A stretch of DNA of 43,366 bases, taken from contig QNBE01000002.1 in NCBI GenBank assembly GCA_003645615.1, positions 1 through 43,366 on the forward strand, given 5' to 3'. This stretch comes from a candidate division WOR-3 bacterium. Lineage in GTDB: Bacteria > Hydrothermota > Tepidihabitantia > B36-G15. Shown piece by piece: positions 36,481 to 43,366 of the stretch. Numbering within the stretch: the stretch's first letter is position 1; the number at the start of each line of letters is the position of its first letter. The position numbers and the translations under genes were made by a program. The notes beneath the pieces are model-generated. The model saw only the letters and a program-made list of their open reading frames with translations. It was not told where the DNA came from and searched no databases.

Positions 36481-37638
36481 GTGCTGATATCTCTCTTGTT
36501 TGGCCTCAGCATTACGGACTTCCGTCCTCCGAGTAGTCGAGTATATGGTTGGGAACTGAATGGCGGCTTCCACCATCTCCGGAGTAACCATGGGGATTTC
36601 TCATCCCATCTCTACTATTATCTGGAGAGTGACACGATCGAATTCTCTATTTCCGGGGGAGGATCGTACTCCTATTCCACCTTCGATTCTAGCTACCAGG
36701 CGGATCTGTCCAGTAGGGTTCAAATCCGCTCCTACCTCTCCAACTCACCTTTCTTTATCGGTGGTATGGTGAGAGGGTCATCCCAGTGGGATCGTATCTT
36801 TGGAGAGGAGTATCGTTACCACAGTTTCGATCTTACCCTTAGCAGTGGGGTTGGCCGGATCAGGGATGGGATCTATGTGGTCCGAGCCCTTGCGATCAAT
36901 AAGATCCTCCTGACCGAAGGGGTGATCAGCCAAGAACTCAAGCCCGAGACCATCCTCGCCCTGGCCCAACTCCTCTCCCAACGCACCTTCTTTCTGCTCC
37001 GCTACGAACGCTATTTCAAATACCTTGCCCAGAGGGTCGAATCGATCCTTGAAAAAGATCCGGCCTATAAGGGTAAGATCTCCGGCTACTGCTGGTTTAA
37101 GATCTTCGAACTTGCTGACAATATCTACTACCGGGGCCTCTATGAACTAATCGAATGGGAACGGAGATTTGGGATCAGATTGAGCTTGGATCTCAGTGCA
37201 GGGGGTATCACCAAAGGAAGGAGCGGGGACCGGGTCGGATTGGGGATCGATGATCTCTATGGTTATCCCGAAATCGGGGTTACCTTGGAGTATGGCTATC
37301 CCATCGATCTTTCCCGCCAGCTCTCATTTACCGCCTCTTACACCTTGAGCTTTGTTGATACCATGACCTCCCATTATTGCCAGCTCAGGTTTGCATATGG
37401 CTATGGGATAATTGATCGCTATCTCATTCAGCCTCAGTTTGCTGTGGGTAATAGCTGGCATATCAGGGAGGGAAGGGGCGATTGGGAATGCTGGATCTCT
37501 CCAGGGATAGGTTTCTATTTTTATCTTGAGGACCGGATCTCCTTTGAATCTAAAGGGGATATCACCTTCTATCGAGATCGGACCGGATGGAGTGGGAGTA
37601 CCTATTTAAGGCTTGGGGTTGACCATCGAATATTTTAG
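36481..37638 (+). CDS. Hypothetical OM beta-barrel protein with central helical insertion
   Basis: Amphipathic strands flanking a helical segment (GVGRIRDG...WFKIFE); C-terminal Phe. Confidence 0.65.
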   Translation: MLISLLFGLSITDFRPPSSRVYGWELNGGFHHLRSNHGDFSSHLYYYLESDTIEFSISGGGSYSYSTFDSSYQADLSSRVQIRSYLSNSPFFIGGMVRGSSQWDRIFGEEYRYHSFDLTLSSGVGRIRDGIYVVRALAINKILLTEGVISQELKPETILALAQLLSQRTFFLLRYERYFKYLAQRVESILEKDPAYKGKISGYCWFKIFELADNIYYRGLYELIEWERRFGIRLSLDLSAGGITKGRSGDRVGLGIDDLYGYPEIGVTLEYGYPIDLSRQLSFTASYTLSFVDTMTSHYCQLRFAYGYGIIDRYLIQPQFAVGNSWHIREGRGDWECWISPGIGFYFYLEDRISFESKGDITFYRDRTGWSGSTYLRLGVDHRIF

Positions 37639-37642
37639 GCAT

Positions 37643-37715
37643 TTGACAAGGGGGAGTAGATAGTTATCATTATCCATGGATCGGACATTGACAGTTTCCA
37701 CTCAGGGGTTAAACT
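37643..37715 (+). promoter_or_regulatory. Tandem promoters TTGACA-16-TATCAT and TTGACA-16-TAAACT
   Basis: 37643-48/37665-70 and 37688-93/37710-15. Confidence 0.65.
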
Positions 37716-37739
37716 TACAGACTGTGAAAGGAGGTGACG

Positions 37740-38960
37740 GTGGTAAAACTTCACTTTAACTACAAAGATGTCTTCCGTGCCGCAAGACTCGGACTCAGTT
37801 TCAAAAAGATTCTGATACAGCTGATCGGCTTTATTATCGGCTTCTTGGGTTATGATCTTTTTGCCTACCTCGCCCATGTCAGCGGTGGCTGGAGCTGGGT
37901 TGAGATCTGGGATCAGTTTCGGCTCTGCCCTATCTATCCGATCGGCTTCCCCTGGTATTCCTGGTTGATCTGGTTGATTGGTCTGATCTGGTTCATCTGT
38001 GTCCTCTTGATTACCGGCACTGCGGTTGCCAAGGTCACCTATGAGCAGCTGAAGGGCGATGAATTCTACGAGGCCAAGGAGGCATTCAAGTTTGCCCTTA
38101 CCCATGGCAAGGCGGTTATCCTCACCCCTCTACTCATTATCCTCTTCATCCTCCTTCTGGTGGTCATGGGTCTCATCCTCTCTGCTATCGGTAGGTGGAT
38201 CCCATATTTTGGCGAACTATTTGTCATGCTTATGTCGATCCCGGCCTTCTTTGCTGCCTTCGGTATCATCATCCTCTTGATCGGGACACTGGTATCATTA
38301 CTCTATGGACCGGCGATTGTTGCCACCACAAAGAGTGATACCTTCGATACCTTGTTCGAATCCTTCTCCATCCTCCAGTATCAGACCTGGCGGCTCGTTG
38401 TCTACACTGTTCTTTTAAGAGTGATAATCGGGGTTGCTCTCTTCATCGCAGGTTATCTATCGGCCAAGGCAATCTTCTTAGGTAAGGGCATCGTTGGTAT
38501 CTTCATGGCGGATAAACTTGATCTTCTCTTCAACAATGCTGCCCACCTGGTCCGAATCACCATTCCTCCCATCTGTCCCGATTTTGTCTTCCAGAAGATT
38601 ACCTGGACCTTAGAGAAGTTCGGTATGATGAACCTCCTCTTCCCACCGGGATATCAGGATGTCAACTGGGCCATGGCTATCGCCGGTTTCGGAATGGGGA
38701 TCTTCTATTATCTCATCATCCTCATGGTCCTCTCCTATGGTTTTGCAATCTGGTGGGCCGGAACTACGGTGATCTTTACCGTCTTGGTGATGAAGAAGGA
38801 TGAGCGAAACCTTCTTGAGGAGAAAGAGGAGATCCCCCCGGTGATTGAGGAGGAGAAGAAAGAAGAGAAGGAAGAGGAGAAGCCGAAGCGGAGGAGGAGA
38901 ACCAAGAAAAAGGAGAAGAAGGAGGAAGAGCGTAAGGAAGAGGATACCTCTTCCTCATGA
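37740..38960 (+). CDS. Uncharacterised polytopic membrane protein with highly charged C-terminal tail
   Basis: Several TM segments; tail EEEKKEEKEEEKPKRRRRTKKKEKKEEERKEED; GTG 37740 follows AGGAGGT. Confidence 0.8.
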   Translation: MVKLHFNYKDVFRAARLGLSFKKILIQLIGFIIGFLGYDLFAYLAHVSGGWSWVEIWDQFRLCPIYPIGFPWYSWLIWLIGLIWFICVLLITGTAVAKVTYEQLKGDEFYEAKEAFKFALTHGKAVILTPLLIILFILLLVVMGLILSAIGRWIPYFGELFVMLMSIPAFFAAFGIIILLIGTLVSLLYGPAIVATTKSDTFDTLFESFSILQYQTWRLVVYTVLLRVIIGVALFIAGYLSAKAIFLGKGIVGIFMADKLDLLFNNAAHLVRITIPPICPDFVFQKITWTLEKFGMMNLLFPPGYQDVNWAMAIAGFGMGIFYYLIILMVLSYGFAIWWAGTTVIFTVLVMKKDERNLLEEKEEIPPVIEEEKKEEKEEEKPKRRRRTKKKEKKEEERKEEDTSSS

Positions 38961-39829
38961 AAGCTGGCTATGTCACGATCATAGGACTTCCCAATGTTGG
39001 GAAGTCTACCCTTATGAACCGGATTCTGGGTCAGAAGATATCGATCGTCTCTAAGAAGCCCCAGACCACCAGACATAGGATTATTGGGATTCTGACAGAA
39101 AAGGACCATCAGGCCATCTTCGTCGATACCCCGGGTCTGATCGAACCAAGATATCAGCTTCAGGAGATAATGGTGAGGGCGATCGATAAGGCGTTAAAAG
39201 GGACCGATCTTGTTCTCTGGATGGTACCGGCTACCAGGATGCCGGCAGAGCCTGAGGTGAAGATTTCCCAGCGATTGGATCCCTTTCCTACCATCATTGC
39301 GATCAACAAGATCGATCTGGTTAAGAAAGATCAGCTCCTACCAATTATGGACTTCTTTAAGAAACTGGGAAAGGAGGATATCTATCCCATCTCAGCGCTT
39401 TATGGTGAGGGCGTGGGTGAGTTGAAGGAGTCCATTCTTAAGAGTTTACCTGAAGGGGAATTCTACTATCCCGAGGATATGATCACCGAGCATCCGGAGC
39501 GGTTCTTTATCGCCGAGATCATCAGAGAGAAGATCTTCGACCTGTATGAGGAGGAGATCCCCTACTCTACCACCGTCACCGTTGAGGAGTTTAAGGAGCG
39601 AGGGAAGGAGAAGCACTACATCCGGGCCATCATCTATGTCGAGCGGAGGAGTCAAAAAGGGATCATCATCGGAAAGAATGGCCAGATGCTCAAGAGGGTA
39701 GGGATGGAGGCGAGAAGTGCGATTGAAGAGTTTCTGGACCATCCGGTCTATCTCGATCTCTGGGTGAAGATCAAGGAGGGCTGGCGGCGGGATCTGGCCA
39801 AGATCAAGGAGCTCGGCTATCATCCTTAA
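38957..39829 (+). CDS. era: GTPase Era
   Basis: GLPNVGKST, SKKPQTTR, DTPG, NKID, EEIPY, KH domain SQKGIIIGKNG. Confidence 0.97.
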   Translation: MKAGYVTIIGLPNVGKSTLMNRILGQKISIVSKKPQTTRHRIIGILTEKDHQAIFVDTPGLIEPRYQLQEIMVRAIDKALKGTDLVLWMVPATRMPAEPEVKISQRLDPFPTIIAINKIDLVKKDQLLPIMDFFKKLGKEDIYPISALYGEGVGELKESILKSLPEGEFYYPEDMITEHPERFFIAEIIREKIFDLYEEEIPYSTTVTVEEFKERGKEKHYIRAIIYVERRSQKGIIIGKNGQMLKRVGMEARSAIEEFLDHPVYLDLWVKIKEGWRRDLAKIKELGYHP

Positions 39830-40709
39830 GTCCAGGATCGGAATTGCCTTAGGAGGGGGAGGAGCCAAGGGGCTCGCCCATATCGGAGTGCTGATCGCCC
39901 TTGAGGAGATGGGTATTAAATTTGATGCGGTGGTCGGCACCAGCATCGGTGCAATCATCGGTGGGCTCTTCGCCTTGGAGGGGTCAGCCCAGAATCTGAA
40001 GGAGAAGGCCAAGGAAATCATTACCTCCAAGGATTTTCTCTCCTTAGGACTTAACGCCTTTCGTAAAGATGGAACGATCTTCCACAAGCTGGCGGAAAAG
40101 TTCTATATGGGCAAACTCCTTTTTAAAGAAGCCCAGATCGATGTTGCCAAGACCGAACGGATCTTTCGAGACCTCTTTAAGGATGCGACCTTTGAACAGA
40201 CCAAGATCCCATTCGCCACCGTCGCCTTAGATCTTGCCACCGGGGATGACTTCGTCTTCGATCATGGCCCACTGATGATCGGCACCTGGGCCAGTGCTGC
40301 GATCCCTGGCATCTTTCCCCCTGTGGTCTATGATGAGAAGATCCTGATTGATGGTGGGGTGACCACTGATCTACCGGTGAGGATCTGCCGACGTTATGGT
40401 GTTGATGTGGTTATCGGGGTCTATCTCGGGGGATCGATCCTCCGTAAGGAGGAGTATAAGACGGGGTTTCAGATCCTAAAGCGGAGTGCGGAAATCCTCA
40501 ACTACCGTGTCAACGAACCGAACCTGATCGATGCCGATGTCCTAATCCATCCCCATCTCGAGCAGATCCACTGGGCAGACTTTTCCCGGATCGATGAGTG
40601 TGTTGAGGAAGGCAAGCATGCGGTCTTAAGGCGCCAGAAGGAGATAAGGGAGGCCCTCTCCCTGCGGAATCGTATCAAGAGATTATTTCGATTTCTTAAG
40701 CACCCTTAA
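39819..40709 (+). CDS. Patatin-like phospholipase (RssA/NTE-type), probable non-canonical start
   Basis: GTSIG nucleophile elbow and LIDGG; the Gly-rich loop IGIALGGGGAKGLAHIG lies upstream of the track's GTG 39888; candidate ATC 39819 is 7 nt after AAGGAG. Confidence 0.9.
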   Translation: MILKSRIGIALGGGGAKGLAHIGVLIALEEMGIKFDAVVGTSIGAIIGGLFALEGSAQNLKEKAKEIITSKDFLSLGLNAFRKDGTIFHKLAEKFYMGKLLFKEAQIDVAKTERIFRDLFKDATFEQTKIPFATVALDLATGDDFVFDHGPLMIGTWASAAIPGIFPPVVYDEKILIDGGVTTDLPVRICRRYGVDVVIGVYLGGSILRKEEYKTGFQILKRSAEILNYRVNEPNLIDADVLIHPHLEQIHWADFSRIDECVEEGKHAVLRRQKEIREALSLRNRIKRLFRFLKHP

Positions 40710-42974
40710 GAAGGCCTGGACCACCTCGGGATCGAACTGGGTTCCGGCATTTCTCCTCAATTCCTCTATCGCCTCCTTCTTAGTGAGGGCGGGACGGTAG
40801 GGGCGATCACTGGTCATCGCATCATAGGCATCAGCAACGGAGAGGATCCTCGCCCCAATCGGAATCTGCTTCTTTCCCAGGCCATTGGGGTAGCCACCAC
40901 CATCATACCGTTCATGTTCAGCCCGAACGATCTCCGAGACCCCGGCCAAAAAGCCGATATCTTTTAGAAGGCCATGGCCAATGATCGGGTGCTTCATCAC
41001 CAATCGCCACTCACGACCGGTAAGGGGACCGGCTTTGGTCAGAATCTCATCTCTTATTCCAATCTTGCCGATATCATGGAGCAGGCCGGCATAGGTGAGT
41101 TTTCTGATCTCCTCCTCTGGTAACCCCATCTCCCTGGCGATCTTTATGGCATAATTGGTCACCCGTTCGGAATGGCCTTTGGTATATCGATCCTTGGCCT
41201 CCATGGCCAGAACCAAGGCCTTTACCGTATCATAATAGCTCGCTTCCAGCCTCTGATAGAGGCGGGCATTCTCGATGGCGATTGCGGCCTGGGCCGCAAT
41301 GGAGGTAAGGATACCGATCGTCTCGGGATCGAAGGCATCCTTTCTACTACTCTCAATATTGAGGACACCGATGGTCCGGTCCCTTACTTTAAGGGGGATG
41401 GCGAGGTTAGAGCGGGTCGATTTCAGATACTGAACATAATAGGGATCTTTGGATACATCGGGAGCGTAATAGACCTTCCCGGTCTGGAAGGCCCGAACCG
41501 ATATCCCCTTCTTCTTTTTGACTGGGAGGCGAATCCTTCTCACCCGTTCGGTGATTCGGGAGCCGGTGGCACGGATGTAAAGTTCCTTTTTCTTCTCATC
41601 GTAGAGAAGGATGGCGATATATCTCAATCCGAAGGTTTTGGAGATCATATCGATGATATGGTTGAGGAGATGGTCGAGATCCAGGATTGAGGAGATAGAC
41701 TGGCCAACATCAAAGACCAGTTCCTGCTCCTTCAATTGCCGCCTCAGCCGGTGGTATTGTCGGGCATTCTCGATCACGATTGCGGCCTGGGCAGCAATCG
41801 TGGTTAGGAGATCGAGATCCTCGGGCTGGAAGGCATCGGTCCTCTCCTCATCCCAGATATAGATAAGGCCGATCGGTTCACCTTTGATCAGCATCGGGGC
41901 CCCTAACCAGCATTTGGCCGGACGACCATAGGGTTTGATCTTAAGCCGTTCACACTCCCTGTCGTAATCACGGGTGAAGAGAGGTCTTCTGGTTCTTATG
42001 AGATAACTGCTCATCCCATAACCGAAGGGGAATCGGTAGCGTTTCACCCTCCGACCCTTCCGATATTTGAGAATGACCTCAAACTCCTTCTCTTCGGGAT
42101 GGTAGAGGGAGATACAGAAATTCTTCGGATGTAAGATCTCCTTCACCTGCTGATAGAGATGGATCAGGGTCTGCTCCAGGCTAAACTCAGAGCCGAGGAT
42201 CTTACCGATCTCGCTGAGAGCAGATAGATAGGAGATCCGTTCATTCCGTTCCTTTAATAGTCTCAGATTCTCAATCGCATTACCAAACAGAATCCCCAGC
42301 TCCGGAATCGGTCGGGCCTCCTTTTTGATGAGAAGATTCAATACCCCGATCGTCCGCCCATGGGCCTTAAGGGGAAGGATGATCAGGTTACGGAATTTAC
42401 CTCTCATCCGATAGGGGTTCCTGATGACCGCCGGTTCCTGGCTTTTGAGGACCCTTCGATAGATCCCACTCGATGGGGAGATCGGATTCAAGAGGTTTCC
42501 CGGGATTCCAATCTGAGCAGTTGGAATGAGAAGATCCTCCTCCTCTTTATAAAGATAGACGATTCCGGTGTCGGTTCCATAGGCCCGGGTAATCAGTTCC
42601 AGCCCTTCCCGGAGAAGTTGATCCAGATCCGAAACTCGATTGATCAGTTCCATCAGGGAGGTAACCGGTGAGTGATGATTCCTGGCAATGCCGATGATCC
42701 TCTCTCCAATCAACCACTCCTTGGTTCTCATCCGTATAATCCCGCTCTTGATTCGGAATTCCAGTTCCAGATCCGTGGGCTCGGTTGAGATGGTGCGGAG
42801 ATGGTTTTGCCATCTCCTCCGACTGGTTGGGGTGAGACGGTCGACAATTCGTTTGGGTGGTGACCCCAGGATCTTCTGGAAGGCCTGATTGGTGTATAGA
42901 ATCTTTCCTTTCCGATCCAGGATATAGACGATCTCATTTATCTCTTCAATCAAAGGATAGAGCTCCTCAATCAT
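40683..42974 (-). CDS. PAS + 3xGAF + HD-GYP cyclic-dinucleotide phosphodiesterase
   Basis: IVYILDRKGKILYTNQAF (PAS), three GAF-like segments, EAKDRYTKGHSERV, LLHDIGK, HERYDGGGYP, VADAYDAMTSDRPYR. Confidence 0.95.
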   Translation of the reverse strand: MIEELYPLIEEINEIVYILDRKGKILYTNQAFQKILGSPPKRIVDRLTPTSRRRWQNHLRTISTEPTDLELEFRIKSGIIRMRTKEWLIGERIIGIARNHHSPVTSLMELINRVSDLDQLLREGLELITRAYGTDTGIVYLYKEEEDLLIPTAQIGIPGNLLNPISPSSGIYRRVLKSQEPAVIRNPYRMRGKFRNLIILPLKAHGRTIGVLNLLIKKEARPIPELGILFGNAIENLRLLKERNERISYLSALSEIGKILGSEFSLEQTLIHLYQQVKEILHPKNFCISLYHPEEKEFEVILKYRKGRRVKRYRFPFGYGMSSYLIRTRRPLFTRDYDRECERLKIKPYGRPAKCWLGAPMLIKGEPIGLIYIWDEERTDAFQPEDLDLLTTIAAQAAIVIENARQYHRLRRQLKEQELVFDVGQSISSILDLDHLLNHIIDMISKTFGLRYIAILLYDEKKKELYIRATGSRITERVRRIRLPVKKKKGISVRAFQTGKVYYAPDVSKDPYYVQYLKSTRSNLAIPLKVRDRTIGVLNIESSRKDAFDPETIGILTSIAAQAAIAIENARLYQRLEASYYDTVKALVLAMEAKDRYTKGHSERVTNYAIKIAREMGLPEEEIRKLTYAGLLHDIGKIGIRDEILTKAGPLTGREWRLVMKHPIIGHGLLKDIGFLAGVSEIVRAEHERYDGGGYPNGLGKKQIPIGARILSVADAYDAMTSDRPYRPALTKKEAIEELRRNAGTQFDPEVVQAFLRVLKKSK

Positions 42975-42981
42975 ACCCTCC

Positions 42982-43055
42982 TGGGCGGTAGAGGGGTCGA
43001 ACCTCTCACCTCTGGTATGTGAGACCAGCGCTCTAACCAGCTGAGCTAACCGCCC
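42982..43055 (-). tRNA. tRNA-Val(CAC)
   Basis: GGGCGGT/ACCGCCC acceptor stem, CTGGT-CT-CAC-AT-ACCAG anticodon arm, GGTTCGA; CCA not encoded. Confidence 0.95.
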
Positions 43056-43061
43056 GGAAAA

Positions 43062-43090
43062 AATATAACCGGGCTTATATGAACCGTCAA
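43062..43090 (-). promoter_or_regulatory. tRNA-Val promoter TTGACG-17-TATATT
   Basis: Hexamers at 43085-43090 and 43062-43067. Confidence 0.65.
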
Positions 43091-43200
43091 GTTTTTATCC
43101 GGCCCTGAAGGATGGGGAGAGTGGTTGTGTAAAGCGAGGAAAGATCCTCTTGATGTATGGGGATGATTGGGATAGAATATAGGGTAGGAAGGAGGTAGAA

Positions 43201-43366
43201 ATGGTAATACTACTTTTACCTCTGGCGACATGGATGTTCACACCCTGGGATAGTGCCCCTACCCCCCCCCAAGACCGAAGTAGACTTCTCCCGGGACCGA
43301 TTCGTGGTCCTTAGTAATACCTTAAATGGTGTGGAGTATCAGGACACCACGGTCAACGGCATCACC
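43201..43366 (+). pseudogene. 5' part of a probable secreted-protein gene frameshifted at a C9 tract
   Basis: Promoter-like TTGATG-17-TAGAAT (43150-43178), AAGGAGGT RBS, ATG 43201 MVILLLPLA; in-frame stop at 43312-43314, while the +1 frame after the C9 tract (43262-43270) is open to the window end. Confidence 0.55.

Noticed and set aside
37676-37759. 27-codon leaderless ORF (MDRTLTVST...) after the first tandem promoter
   Set aside because: Spans the second promoter and RBS and has no peptide features; probably chance
38820-38945. GAG/AAG-rich stretch as a DNA repeat or CRISPR
   Set aside because: Explained by the Glu/Lys-rich protein tail; no repeat-spacer structure seen anywhere in the window

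Overview
A 43.4-kb core-genome window from a compact, diderm, probably anaerobic bacterium (TonB receptor and OM beta-barrels; gene repertoire suggests the FCB superphylum, e.g. WOR-3-like; this is inference). It spans the likely replication origin (dnaA-dnaN with DnaA-box clusters on both sides of dnaA). To the left are two long, tightly overlapped minus-strand operons. The first runs hsp20-lon-2xGWxTD-NYN-three-gene membrane module-propeller-like gene-OM barrel. The second runs TPR lipoprotein-SBP-large (Alu-domain) SRP RNA-dnaX-ybaB-dipeptidase-yqgF-mltG-two paralogous atypical class III nucleotide cyclases-REC/GAF sensor. To the right are a TonB receptor/metal ABC/methyltransferase operon with a palindromic operator, tRNA-Gly, tRNA-Cys, era, a patatin, a PAS-GAF3-HD-GYP gene and tRNA-Val. 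No mobile elements or CRISPR arrays were seen. Most notable: (1) a translationally coupled pair of ~750-790 aa cyclase-fold paralogs with intact metal-binding and adenine-specifying residues but an altered NxxxR motif; (2) ultra-short (~8-11 aa), charge-free N-terminal export signals on about ten envelope proteins; (3) a three-gene membrane module of unknown function; (4) two genes that appear to need non-canonical starts (CTG/ATC); (5) mostly 16-bp promoter spacers and leaderless genes; (6) a C9 tract frameshifting a secreted-protein gene.
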